Notes: generated by a model not told the origin, from the letters alone. A stretch of 40,312 bases of DNA from Candidatus Aenigmatarchaeota archaeon (GCA_030615165.1 JAUWZW010000002.1:1-40312); one strand, 5' to 3'; shown: positions 9,723 to 19,700, counted from the first letter of the stretch. Translations and numbers: made by a program.

Positions 9723-10676
9723 CTATAAGGTACGGCTATTGATTTTTATAGGATTTCTGTACCACAGCCCAAAACCCGGAATACCTGTAATATAGTCAGT
9801 TATTAGCATAAGAAGCGAGAGGGCAATAGCTGATTCAGGTGCTATCCCTGCATAAGCCAGGAAAAATACCATCGTGACATCCCTTGTCCCGAGACCAGAA
9901 AAAGAGATCGGCAGTATGAATAAAAGATTAACAATGGGAATTACAGTAAATAAAAGCCCATAAGGTACATTTAAACCTAATGCAAGAGCGAAAATCCAGA
10001 CATAAAAAATAGTCAGGGCCCAGGAAAACAAGGTTAATACTAGATTAACGAACATTAACATCTTTCGCTCGAGCAGCAGCTCTAACCCAGAATAAAAATC
10101 ATTGTAAACACCCTTAATTTTGGTCTTATGCTGCTCTGGAATAAGCCTTCTATAAAAAGGTCCCATGATAAACGAAACTGCCTCTTTTCTGGAAAACAAA
10201 AATATAATACCCAGAAAAACCGCAAACAAAATAACAGTCAAAAGCAGTAATGATGTATCTTTAACATAAAATGCAGCAAACGTTCCCAACCCAATTATAC
10301 ATAGCGTAAACAGGACGAAAATATCTACTATCCTGTCCACTATAACCGTTGTAAGGGATTTTCCGATTCTTTCTTTCAGATAGTATGATCTTGCAAGGTC
10401 TCCCAGCTTACCAGGAGTTATAAGACCTAAAGAAAACCCGACCAGCCATGCCTTCATTGCCTCAGCAAACGGGCAGGCCAGTTTATAAGAGCTTATAAGC
10501 ACCTTCCATTTTGCAGTTTTTATTAGAATTACAAAAACTGTAAAAATTAAACCACAAATATAGAAATAAAAATTAAGACCGGCTAAAGTTTTCCATATCT
10601 CCAAAAGGTTTAGATTTAGAATTAGATACAGGAATATAAAAATACCTATCAGGGGGAGGAATTTTGAGATTTTCAT
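9723..10676 (-). CDS. Lysylphosphatidylglycerol synthase TM / flippase-like protein
   Basis: TPGKLGDLAR, VDRIVD, LPISFSGLGTRD motifs. Confidence 0.85.
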   Translation of the reverse strand: MKISKFLPLIGIFIFLYLILNLNLLEIWKTLAGLNFYFYICGLIFTVFVILIKTAKWKVLISSYKLACPFAEAMKAWLVGFSLGLITPGKLGDLARSYYLKERIGKSLTTVIVDRIVDIFVLFTLCIIGLGTFAAFYVKDTSLLLLTVILFAVFLGIIFLFSRKEAVSFIMGPFYRRLIPEQHKTKIKGVYNDFYSGLELLLERKMLMFVNLVLTLFSWALTIFYVWIFALALGLNVPYGLLFTVIPIVNLLFILPISFSGLGTRDVTMVFFLAYAGIAPESAIALSLLMLITDYITGIPGFGLWYRNPIKINSRTL

Positions 10677-10765
10677 GAATAAGTTTTAACTTGAGTATAA
10701 ATATTCTTATATCTATTCTTTGGTATCCGAAGAAAACATTTAAAGGATTACTTAAACTGTATAAC

Positions 10766-11728
10766 ATGAAAACAATTTTGGTAACGGGCTGCGCAGGTTT
10801 TATAGGTTCTCATATAGCAGAACGGCTACTTAATGAGGGCCATATGGTTGTGGGTGTGGATAATTTTCATCCTTATTACCAAAGAGCATTGAAAGAGAGG
10901 AACATGGATGGATTCAAAAAACACAAAAACTTTAAATTTTTCGAGGGATCCATACTTGATGACAAGTTGCTGAATATTCTAGCAAAGGAGGACATAGATA
11001 TTATAAACCATCAGGCAGCAATAGCAGGTGTCAGGAATTCCATAAAATCTCCCTTAGAGTATTTGAGTATAAACACCCTAGGAACATTGAAACTTCTTGA
11101 CAGGTTCAGGGATGCGGAGAAATTCATATTTGCATCCTCATCTTCTGTATATGGCGATGTCGCGGATAATGAGTTGCCGATTAAGGAAGACAGGAAACCC
11201 AAACCCATATCACCATATGCTCTCTCCAAGTTGCAGGCAGAAGAGTGGTGTAAGCTCTTCTCTAATTTGTACGGCATCAGGTCAATTATTTTAAGATATT
11301 TCACAGTATATGGACCCCGTCAAAGACCGGACGAAGCAGTGGAAAAATTCATGAGAAAAATACTCTCCGGAGAACCCATAGAAATCTATGGCGATGGAGA
11401 GCAAACAAGAGATTTTACTTATGTGGGTGATGTTGTGAATGCCAATATACTCACTCTTTCTAAAGGAAGCGGTGTATTTAATATAGCCAGCGGGAAGAGG
11501 ATAAGCGTCAATAAGTTGGTAGAGCTTTTGAAAAAAGCAACAAAGAAGGAAGTAAAGGTAAACATGATAGAGAGACAGATAGGCGATGTTTCCCACACAT
11601 GGGCCAACATAGATAAATCAAAAAACGAGCTCGGATTCAGACCAGCCACTGATATAGAGACTGGACTAAGAAACCAATTCGAGCATGTTCAATCACTGGC
11701 AAAATCTCTTCCCACCCTTTCTGATTAA
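10766..11728 (+). CDS. NAD-dependent epimerase/dehydratase (UDP-glucose/glucuronate 4-epimerase-like)
   Basis: Start MKTILVTGCAGFIG; ASSSSVYG, YALSK, YFTVYGPRQRPD, RDFTYV. Confidence 0.9.
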   Translation: MKTILVTGCAGFIGSHIAERLLNEGHMVVGVDNFHPYYQRALKERNMDGFKKHKNFKFFEGSILDDKLLNILAKEDIDIINHQAAIAGVRNSIKSPLEYLSINTLGTLKLLDRFRDAEKFIFASSSSVYGDVADNELPIKEDRKPKPISPYALSKLQAEEWCKLFSNLYGIRSIILRYFTVYGPRQRPDEAVEKFMRKILSGEPIEIYGDGEQTRDFTYVGDVVNANILTLSKGSGVFNIASGKRISVNKLVELLKKATKKEVKVNMIERQIGDVSHTWANIDKSKNELGFRPATDIETGLRNQFEHVQSLAKSLPTLSD

Positions 11729-11769
11729 TAGGGATTGCTGCTGAAATTTTAAAAACTTAGAGCAACGTG

Positions 11770-11892
11770 TTATTTATCTTCAAGCCTTCCTTTCTTATAA
11801 GCTTCAAACTCCTTCCAGAAATCCACATTTGGCTCGTAGCCGAACTTTCTCTAGCCTTTGTGATGTCTCCACACCACCTCTCCGTTTCCGTG
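11770..11892 (-). pseudogene. Short frameshifted remnant of an SDR epimerase C-terminus
   Basis: Minus strand reads ETERWCGDITKARE / KFGYEPNVDF, the typical DixKA..lGyeP tail. Confidence 0.5.
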
Positions 11893-11930
11893 CTAGTAAT
11901 AGTTTAAATTCTGTATAGAGCCAAATGGGT

Positions 11931-12872
11931 TTATCGTGTTTTGAAATATTGTATGGTTTCCTTCAGCCCTTCTTCCAACCCGATTTTGGGTTCCCAGTTC
12001 AAAATCCTCTTTGCCTTGCTTATGTCAGGCCTTCTTCTGACAGGGTCATCACTTGGCAAGGGCTTGAAAACAATCTCTGAATTCGATTTCGTCAAATCCT
12101 TGACTATTTTAGCAAGATGCAAAATAGATGTTTCATTGGGGTCCCCTATGTTAAAGACCCCGCCGCTTAAACCATCTGTGAACATTAATTTTTCCAAGGC
12201 ATCTACCATATCAGAAATGTAACAGAAGCTCCTCGTTTGTTTTCCGTCACCGTAAACTGTTATTGGTTCACTCCTCAAGACCTGCATGATGAAATTCGGT
12301 ACCACTCTCCCGTCGTTTTTTCTCATTTTGGGGCCGAAGCAATTAAAAATCCTCGCTATCCTCACATCCATTTTATGGATTCTGCAGAAGGACATCGTTA
12401 AGGCCTCGGCGAATCTTTTTGATTCATCATAGCAGCTGCGCAGACCTATGGGATTAACATGACCAAAGTAAATTTCTTTCTGCGGATGTTGTTCAGGATT
12501 TCCATAAACTTCGGAGGTGGATGCCAACAAAAATCTTGCATTCTTTTCCCTAACCAGATTGAGCATGTGATAAGTTCCGAAAGAATTGGCGAGCATGGTT
12601 TTTATGGGGAGCTTCTGATAATCCACAGGAGATGCAGGGGAGGCCAGATGGAATATGTGGTCTATCTTGCCGGTTTTTTCTGCGCCCAGCGCTTTCGAGA
12701 CATCATGTTCGATTAAAGAAAAATTTTCATTTTTAATAAGACCCGCTACGTTATCCTTTGTCCCTGTGATGAAATTATCAACACAGACCACCCTGTAACC
12801 CCTTTCCAGCAAATCTTCACATAACCAGGAACCAATAAAACCAGCTCCTCCTGTCACAAGGCAAGTTTGCAT
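11931..12872 (-). CDS. UDP-glucuronate decarboxylase (UXS-like SDR)
   Basis: TGGAGFIGS, HLASPASP, ASTSEVYG, RSCYDESKR, DGRVVPNF, DDPVRRRPDI. Confidence 0.9.
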   Translation of the reverse strand: MQTCLVTGGAGFIGSWLCEDLLERGYRVVCVDNFITGTKDNVAGLIKNENFSLIEHDVSKALGAEKTGKIDHIFHLASPASPVDYQKLPIKTMLANSFGTYHMLNLVREKNARFLLASTSEVYGNPEQHPQKEIYFGHVNPIGLRSCYDESKRFAEALTMSFCRIHKMDVRIARIFNCFGPKMRKNDGRVVPNFIMQVLRSEPITVYGDGKQTRSFCYISDMVDALEKLMFTDGLSGGVFNIGDPNETSILHLAKIVKDLTKSNSEIVFKPLPSDDPVRRRPDISKAKRILNWEPKIGLEEGLKETIQYFKTR

Positions 12873-12873
12873 T

Positions 12874-13629
12874 TCAATCCCTCCTGTTGAGCAACTCTTT
12901 CTCTGTAGCCAAAAGAGCCTCATGCGTTCCTACATCCCTGTATATGCCCCTGTGCACAACAGCATAGCACGGCAGACCTTGTTTGAGCATTAATATTATG
13001 GAATCTGTTATCTGGTATTCACCCTTTGCCCCCTTGGGTGTTTTTTCTATAAATCCGAATATCTCCGGCTCGAAAACATAAACCCCGTTTATACCCAGCC
13101 ATTCTCCATTAGTTTTGAGCCTTTCCAGCTCTTCATCTGTCTGCGGCTTTTCCATCATATCAAGAATTTTTCCGTTTTTGTCTATCTTAACTATGCCATA
13201 TCTTTTCGGGTCTGTTATAGCTGAAAGCCCCAGGGTACACTTAGAACCTGTTTTCTTATGTAATTCAACCAAATCCCTGACCAATTTATCCTTGGGTTCT
13301 ATTATCTCATCACCCAATGTAGCAACAAAGGTTTCGTTGTTTACCAGGGGTTTTGCTATATAGATGGCCTTTGCAACACCCAGCAATTCTGTCTGAAATC
13401 TGTAGGAGACATCAACACCTGTCCATTTACCGTCCCTAAGATAGTCAAGAATAGCCCCTTTGTTGTTACCTACTATGACTATTATGTTTTTTACGCCACC
13501 CGCCTTGAAAAGGTCTACAGCATGCTGTAAAAGCGGCTTGCCGCACACATGTACCATTTCCTTGGGTATGGAATATGTTAACGGTTCCAATCTTTCTCCC
13601 TTCCCAGCAGCTAGTATAACACCTTTCAT
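12874..13629 (-). CDS. Sugar-1-phosphate nucleotidyltransferase (RmlA/GalU/AglF-like)
   Basis: MKGVILAAGKGERL..PKEM, EKP, GEYQITD, DVGT. SD GAGGT before ATG 13629. Confidence 0.9.
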   Translation of the reverse strand: MKGVILAAGKGERLEPLTYSIPKEMVHVCGKPLLQHAVDLFKAGGVKNIIVIVGNNKGAILDYLRDGKWTGVDVSYRFQTELLGVAKAIYIAKPLVNNETFVATLGDEIIEPKDKLVRDLVELHKKTGSKCTLGLSAITDPKRYGIVKIDKNGKILDMMEKPQTDEELERLKTNGEWLGINGVYVFEPEIFGFIEKTPKGAKGEYQITDSIILMLKQGLPCYAVVHRGIYRDVGTHEALLATEKELLNRRD

Positions 13630-13671
13630 ATACCTCGCCTTCCTATCGGTGACGGGGATTGCCTTCGGCAA

Positions 13672-15030
13672 TCAATCGACACCTCGCCTTGGATCTTTGT
13701 GATACTCAGTCTTCGACTGAGCCAATCTGCCTGGCCAGCAGATGCCCTCAAAATTCTTTACACTTGAAGGATTTAAAACCTTTCTACCCTCAATAATTAC
13801 CTTGTTTTTCATCACATCAAAGTCCTTGTCGGAGAGGTTCTTAAATTCTTTCCAGTTTGTCAAAATCAAGCAACCGTCCGCATCCTTCAGACACTCTCTG
13901 GAATTGCTGCAGTACTCTATATCCCCATGCATTTTCCTCATGTTATCCATTGCCTGAGGGTCATATGCTGAAACTTTTGCACCCCTTTCCTTAAGCATTG
14001 AAATAACATCAATGGCGGGTGCTTCCCTTACATCATCGGAATCGGGCTTGAATGCGAGACCAAGAGCCGCGATTTTCTTGTTCTGTAACCCGTCAGTCCT
14101 GTTTTCCAGCATATCCACCAAAATCCTTCTCTGCTTCTTGTTCACATTCAGGACAGTGTTTAGAATCTGTGTATCATAACCCAAAGCCTTTCCCTTTGCT
14201 ACGATGGCAGCAATATCTTTGGGAAAACATGAACCCCCAAAACCTGCCCCAGCCCGCAGGAATTTGGGTGATATTCTGCTATCCATACCAACACCCTTCA
14301 TCACATTATATACATCAATCCCTAATCTCTTGCATATATTCCCAATCTCATTCGAGAGTGAAATCTTTGTTGCAAGCATTGCATTTGCAGCATACTTTAT
14401 CATCTCCGCTGTTTTCAGGTTTGTTCTCAAAACAGGGGCATTGAAATTGAAGTAAATCTTCTCTAAAACATCCCCGGACCTTTTATCATACTGCCCGATA
14501 ACAATTCTGTCCGGGTTTAGAAAATCCTCCAATGCATTACCTTCCCTGAGGAACTCCGGATTCACGCACACCCCTATATCATCACCAACCCCCTTCCCGG
14601 ATTTTTCTTCCAGATGCGGGATAACATTGATTTCTGTGGTACCCGGCACAACAGTGGATTTGACTACAATAACATGATAGCCTTCCTTGTTTTTTAGGGC
14701 AGTTCCTATGTCCTTTGATACCTGTTCAATATACCTTAAATCCATGGAACCATCCTGATTGGAGGGTGTTCCAACACAAATCATGGTCAGGTCGGAATTT
14801 GTAATCGCCCGGGTAAGGTCTGTTGTTGCCCTGAAAACACCCTTTGCTGTAACATTTTCCAGGTATTTTTTCAACTGTTTTTCATAAATTGGCGGCTCGG
14901 CTTTGTTTATCTGTTTTATCTTTTTTTCATCAACATCCATGCAAATAACATTGTTCCCCATCTTCGCGAATCCTACGCCTGTGCACAGCCCAACATAACC
15001 CGTGCCGATAATGCTTATATTCATGCTCAT
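13672..15030 (-). CDS. ugd: UDP-glucose/GDP-mannose 6-dehydrogenase
   Basis: IGTGYVG, KSTVVPGT, NPEFLREG, GFGGSCFPKD, GLAFKPDSDDVRE. Confidence 0.93.
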   Translation of the reverse strand: MSMNISIIGTGYVGLCTGVGFAKMGNNVICMDVDEKKIKQINKAEPPIYEKQLKKYLENVTAKGVFRATTDLTRAITNSDLTMICVGTPSNQDGSMDLRYIEQVSKDIGTALKNKEGYHVIVVKSTVVPGTTEINVIPHLEEKSGKGVGDDIGVCVNPEFLREGNALEDFLNPDRIVIGQYDKRSGDVLEKIYFNFNAPVLRTNLKTAEMIKYAANAMLATKISLSNEIGNICKRLGIDVYNVMKGVGMDSRISPKFLRAGAGFGGSCFPKDIAAIVAKGKALGYDTQILNTVLNVNKKQRRILVDMLENRTDGLQNKKIAALGLAFKPDSDDVREAPAIDVISMLKERGAKVSAYDPQAMDNMRKMHGDIEYCSNSRECLKDADGCLILTNWKEFKNLSDKDFDVMKNKVIIEGRKVLNPSSVKNFEGICWPGRLAQSKTEYHKDPRRGVD

Positions 15031-15082
15031 ATTTACTCAGTAAGGTATTAATATTTATATTTCTGATTTTAAACTGATATTT

Positions 15083-15799
15083 ATGAAAAAGATTGAAACA
15101 GCAGTGCTGCTTTGCGGAGGAAAAGGAACAAGGCTGAGACCTGTAACGTATGAGATACCAAAGTCCCTTGTACCGATACAGGGTAAAACCCTCTTGGAAC
15201 ACCTGCTCGATCTCCTGAAGAAGTATGGAATAAAAAATGTAATATTATCCGTTGGCTACCTAAAGGACAACATAAAGCAGCATTTTGGGGATGGTTCGAG
15301 ATTCGGTATAAATATAACTTATGTTGAGGAGGATACACCGTTGGGAACAGCCGGACCTTTGGGGTTACTCAAAACCCTCAACATGTTACCGAACAGGGCA
15401 TTCATAACCTCAAACGGAGACGAACTCAAGGATATAAATATAACAGAGATGTACAAACTACACAAAGCGAAGAATGCACTGGCAACCATAGCCCTGACAA
15501 GGGTAGAAGACCCAAGCCAGTATGGTGTTGCAAGACTGGAGGGAAACAGGATTCTGGAGTTTGTGGAAAAGCCAAAAAAGGGGGAAGCACCATCCAATTT
15601 AATCAATTCAGGGTTCTATATACTGGAGCCATCAATTGTAGATATAGTCCACAATGGTTTTGCGATGCTCGAAAAAGATGTTTTCCCGCTCCTTGCAAGA
15701 CAGGGCAAACTTTTCGGTTTTTCATTCAAAGGGCAATGGTTTGATATCGGAAACCCCGAGAGACTTGAAAAAGCAAGAAGGGAATGGAAGGGGATTTAA
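15083..15799 (+). CDS. Nucleotidyltransferase (mannose-1-phosphate guanylyltransferase-like)
   Basis: GGKGTRLRP..PK, PLGTAG, NGD, FVEKP, WFDIG. Confidence 0.9.
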   Translation: MKKIETAVLLCGGKGTRLRPVTYEIPKSLVPIQGKTLLEHLLDLLKKYGIKNVILSVGYLKDNIKQHFGDGSRFGINITYVEEDTPLGTAGPLGLLKTLNMLPNRAFITSNGDELKDINITEMYKLHKAKNALATIALTRVEDPSQYGVARLEGNRILEFVEKPKKGEAPSNLINSGFYILEPSIVDIVHNGFAMLEKDVFPLLARQGKLFGFSFKGQWFDIGNPERLEKARREWKGI

Positions 15800-15829
15800 C
15801 CTTTATAATTCCACTGCTTAATATTAATC

Positions 15830-16567
15830 ATGAGAAAGGCGTTTTCCTTGATTTCAGGGGTTTTGTTTCTGGCAATCACCATAACAGCGGTTGTTGTTGT
15901 ATATCAAGCCGGGATGCCCATCGTCAAGAGGATGCAGGTATCTGCAGCAATAGAGCAGATGAAAACAACATTTGTAGAGCTGGACGAGCTGATAAGACAG
16001 ATAGCAGCTGAGGGGGCTGGTTCCAAGAGAGCGGTTCAGCTGAGGGTGGACCCGGGCAAGCTCATAGTTAATGAAATCCAGGACTCTATTTACTGGGAAC
16101 TGGAGACATATGCAATGATTATCTCACCGAGAACCAAACAGCAGTTTGGCAACATTGCTGTGGGTTCAAATCTGAATACAAGGGTATATGAGGCAAACTA
16201 TACAAGGGTATCACCGGAGATTAAATGTTATGTGATGGAGAATGAACATCTGAAGGTTTATGTGAGAAAGGTAGGTGTCAACACATCTCAAGACGGCTGG
16301 GAGAATTTCAACACAAGCTCACTTGTCATTGCAATCTACAACAAGGATATGAATGAATGGCTTGAGAATGAGGGGTTTCTGGAGATAACAGTTGATGATA
16401 ATACAAATTCAAAAACAGGAAATGGCTATACAATACCACTCGAGACAGGGTACAATCTGCCGTATGGAGCGGTAACAGCACATATGAACTCCAGCTATCT
16501 CGCATACAGCATAAACTTCACCCTTGGGTCAGGTGCTGACTTTTTGGATATTGAGGCAAGCACCTAA
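15830..16567 (+). CDS. Class III signal peptide protein (minor pilin-like)
   Basis: MRKA/FSLISGVLFLAITITAVVVV N-terminus, several NxS/T sequons; N-terminal half resembles 28303..28986. Confidence 0.7.
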   Translation: MRKAFSLISGVLFLAITITAVVVVYQAGMPIVKRMQVSAAIEQMKTTFVELDELIRQIAAEGAGSKRAVQLRVDPGKLIVNEIQDSIYWELETYAMIISPRTKQQFGNIAVGSNLNTRVYEANYTRVSPEIKCYVMENEHLKVYVRKVGVNTSQDGWENFNTSSLVIAIYNKDMNEWLENEGFLEITVDDNTNSKTGNGYTIPLETGYNLPYGAVTAHMNSSYLAYSINFTLGSGADFLDIEAST

Positions 16568-16568
16568 T

Positions 16569-16692
16569 CCCTTTCTTTCGGGAAAGAAAGGTCTAAGGTA
16601 CAAAGGTCAAACATAGTAACGGTTTGAACCGTTAACCGATGAACATACGAACAGATGAATGTTTGAGCCTTTGTATTACCCCAAAGAAAGGG
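16569..16692. repeat. MITE-like palindromic element with a nested 77-nt hairpin insert
   Basis: Terminal IR ccctttcttt / aaagaaaggg. Without the 16599-16675 insert it matches 25146-25188 in the tRNA-Ile intron. Confidence 0.65.
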
Positions 16693-16751
16693 AGATTGTA
16701 AAGCAATGGGTCAATATATTAACAGGGCTCATAGCTCAGCCCTGAGCCTTT

Positions 16752-16827
16752 CACAAAGGTTAAGCAAATAACAGTTCAAACTGTTAATTGATGAACAGAT
16801 GAACTTATGATCGCTTAAGCCTTTGTG
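16752..16827. repeat. Second copy of the 76-77 nt covarying hairpin element
   Basis: cacaaagg-ttaagc...gcttaa-g-cctttgtg with inner taacagt/actgtta hairpin; homologous to 16599-16675. Confidence 0.7.
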
Positions 16828-16856
16828 GCTTACCCAAAAAATATGAGGAAGATATT

Positions 16857-17336
16857 ATGAAAAGAATGAAGGCAATATCACCGCTGATTTCTGCAGTCAT
16901 GGTAATCCTAATTGCATTTGCTTTATCCGCTCTCATAGCTCCCTGGGCGTTTGAGATAGCAAGGCAGCAGACAAACCAGACAGGCGGCTATGCAGAGCAG
17001 CAGATGATATGCCAGAACACAGCATATGACTTTGATACAAACTACGGGACAAACGGCGTTAATTGGACCTCTACAGGAACAAACGATAATTTAACTGTAA
17101 AGATAGTGAATACGGGATATCAAAATCTCTACAATTTCTCATTTGAACTTGTGATAAATGACACAGTTATATTGCGTCCTGATGTAACAGATGCGACCCA
17201 GAAGACAAGTATAAATCCTCTGGAACCTAGTCAGAGTACTTTCCTCAATACAACAGCCAATATCAGCGGAACATTGAGTGAAGTCAAGATACTAAACATA
17301 GTTTGCCCGAGTGTTTATGCAAGGCAGGAATTGTAA
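16857..17336 (+). CDS. Archaeal type IV pilin-like protein
   Basis: MKA/ISPLISAVMVILIA class III signal peptide, IVNTG motif, two Cys, many NxS/T sequons. Confidence 0.85.
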   Translation: MKRMKAISPLISAVMVILIAFALSALIAPWAFEIARQQTNQTGGYAEQQMICQNTAYDFDTNYGTNGVNWTSTGTNDNLTVKIVNTGYQNLYNFSFELVINDTVILRPDVTDATQKTSINPLEPSQSTFLNTTANISGTLSEVKILNIVCPSVYARQEL

Positions 17337-17419
17337 TAGCACAGCCGCTATTCTAACTATTTATATCAAGAAGTGGTTAAATTATATTATAGAAAGTTAA
17401 GCAAATAACGGGTAATGAT

Positions 17420-17962
17420 ATGCCTAATGATGAAGATATTTCTAAAACCCCCGGCCAGATTGAGACAAAGGAAAAAAAGAAGATAATCCCAGAGATGATT
17501 GCCCATATAAACAGGGTTGAAGAGAAAATAAACACGCTCAAAGAGGGCATGAGAGAGATAAAGGATTTGCAGACAGTGAACAAGCTCGATATCATAAACC
17601 TGAAGAATGAGATAGAGCAGATAAAGCTTTCCATACCAACCCTTTCTCCGGAGAATATAGAGAAAGTCAAGGCAATGGAGAAGCTGGCAGAAAAGGCTGA
17701 AAAAGCAGAGAAGATAAAGGATGATGTTGATAAACTCAAGTCAGATATGAAGAAACTGGATATGCTTCAGAAGAAACTGGCGGAGATTGAGAAAATACAC
17801 GCCAATAGGAGGGTTACAAAAGATGTTAAAACAAAGCCAAGGCGTATGCTTCACATACCAGGTCGATTAAAAAGAACAAAGATTAAAAAATGCAAAAAGT
17901 GCGGGGCTGTGCTGATCCCCAAGGCAAAGTTTTGCGGAAGGTGCGGGGCAAAAGGGAGGTAA
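17420..17962 (+). CDS. Coiled-coil protein with C-terminal zinc ribbon
   Basis: K/E-rich heptads, then CKKCG...FCGRCG. Confidence 0.8.
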   Translation: MPNDEDISKTPGQIETKEKKKIIPEMIAHINRVEEKINTLKEGMREIKDLQTVNKLDIINLKNEIEQIKLSIPTLSPENIEKVKAMEKLAEKAEKAEKIKDDVDKLKSDMKKLDMLQKKLAEIEKIHANRRVTKDVKTKPRRMLHIPGRLKRTKIKKCKKCGAVLIPKAKFCGRCGAKGR

Positions 17963-17963
17963 C

Positions 17964-19700
17964 ATGAAATCATGTCCGAAATGCAAGAGATCCTATCCTG
18001 ATACGGAAAACTACTGCATACATTGCGGCACAAGGCTTGCTGCGAAGAAGCCGAGAGAATGGATAAAGCCTGTAAAACCACCAAGGGATATCACTGTTCT
18101 GAAGAGGAAGATGGATAAACTTGAAAGGGATGCTTCCCCCAGGCAGTTTGCAAAGCTGAGTAAAAAGATAGACGCCCTGGAACAGAGAATGAATGCCACG
18201 ATACTGCTGGCAAGAAAGACAAGCAGGATTAAATTCCCCCCTGAGGAAAGGATGATTTCCTTATCGGCTAAGGTCAAAAAGCTTGAACAGAAGCTGGACT
18301 CTGTCAATGGAACTGTTTATGGGCTGGAGAAGATAAAACTCGAGCCAGAGATACATAAAGCACTGAGGGCGAAGATAAATGGACTGGAGAGGGAGCTCAA
18401 GAGGGTCGAGAAGAATACAAGAAGGATGGTTGAGATTAAGTCCCTTCCAAAGAAAGAAGCAATGTCCATTGTGGACGAGATTGGCAAACTGGAGAGAAAG
18501 GCGGATGCAATGGGTGAGGCAGCTGACTATGGAAGGAGCATAGAGAAATTGAAAAAGATGGTTGAGACAGCGGATTCAAAGATAATGGGACTGACGGATT
18601 TTATAAAGGATAATGAAGGGAGCCTTGGTGGGATTGAAAAAGGCCTCAAGGGTGTTGTCAGAAGGGTTGACCTGAAGGATTTTCAGGAAAAGGTCATCGG
18701 CGATATGGATTCCCTGAATGAAGAGGTCAGGAGAAAAATCAGCTCAGACAGCGCAATGATAAAAAAGATAAGCAGAAAACTTAAAGAGCAGGATAAATTT
18801 ATTACTGATTTTACAAAGACATGGGAGTCGCTGGGCAAATTCAAGGAGAGGATGTTGCTTCTGATAGGCCTTACCCTGCAGGAGAAGAAAAAGTCAAGGA
18901 GGATAAAGAACAGGTTAAGGATAATGGTTGAGAAGAGAATGGCTGAAATCAGGGAGCAGAACGATTTACTGACCAAAGCGATGGAGGCAAGGTTTGATGA
19001 AGCCAAGGCAGATGTTTCCAAGGATGTGAGGGATTTGGGGTTAAGGTTTGATGAAGAACTGCAATCGGTAAATGAGACCCTTGCCAATAAGGAGAAGAGA
19101 ATTTCTGCAAAACTCTCTTCCATTAGTAAGGATGCTATTTCAAAAAAAGAATTGGAGGATTTCAGGAGGGAGTTCGGTGTAGAGAAGGCAAGGGTTTTTG
19201 ACGTCGTGGACCAGTTGGTTGACCAGGGCAAGATTATTGAGGAGCTTGAGAATGTAAAGGAGAACCTGATATCAGAGCAAAGGCTGAAGATAAGCGGATT
19301 CGGAGCAGGGCTCAGGCAAGAGCTTGACAAGATGAAAGCAGAACATGGGGAAGCCGTATCTTCCCTGAAGGAATCAGAAAGCAAATTCAAAACATCCATG
19401 AAAAAATTGAGGAAGGAGATGTGGGAAGAGACGAGGACTAATGAGAAATTGAGGGAGGACATGAGCGCAATGCTTGGGGAATTCAGGACAATAGGAAGCG
19501 ATTCACAGGAAAAACTTGGCATGGTCAAGGGTGTCATAGACAACCTTGAGAAGAGGTTCAGGGTTGAGATAGAATCCCTAGAGGAAAAGCTGGAAAAGAT
19601 GAGAAAGATTATAAAGATTCAGGAGAAACAAGAATCAGATAGGATAAGCCCGCTGAATCTGGGGAAGGAAACAAGGATAGTAAAGAAGCCGGGAAAATAG
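17964..19700 (+). CDS. N-terminal zinc ribbon plus long coiled-coil protein
   Basis: CPKC...YCIHCG, then about 500 aa of heptad-rich sequence. SD GGAGGT upstream. Confidence 0.8.
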   Translation: MKSCPKCKRSYPDTENYCIHCGTRLAAKKPREWIKPVKPPRDITVLKRKMDKLERDASPRQFAKLSKKIDALEQRMNATILLARKTSRIKFPPEERMISLSAKVKKLEQKLDSVNGTVYGLEKIKLEPEIHKALRAKINGLERELKRVEKNTRRMVEIKSLPKKEAMSIVDEIGKLERKADAMGEAADYGRSIEKLKKMVETADSKIMGLTDFIKDNEGSLGGIEKGLKGVVRRVDLKDFQEKVIGDMDSLNEEVRRKISSDSAMIKKISRKLKEQDKFITDFTKTWESLGKFKERMLLLIGLTLQEKKKSRRIKNRLRIMVEKRMAEIREQNDLLTKAMEARFDEAKADVSKDVRDLGLRFDEELQSVNETLANKEKRISAKLSSISKDAISKKELEDFRREFGVEKARVFDVVDQLVDQGKIIEELENVKENLISEQRLKISGFGAGLRQELDKMKAEHGEAVSSLKESESKFKTSMKKLRKEMWEETRTNEKLREDMSAMLGEFRTIGSDSQEKLGMVKGVIDNLEKRFRVEIESLEEKLEKMRKIIKIQEKQESDRISPLNLGKETRIVKKPGK

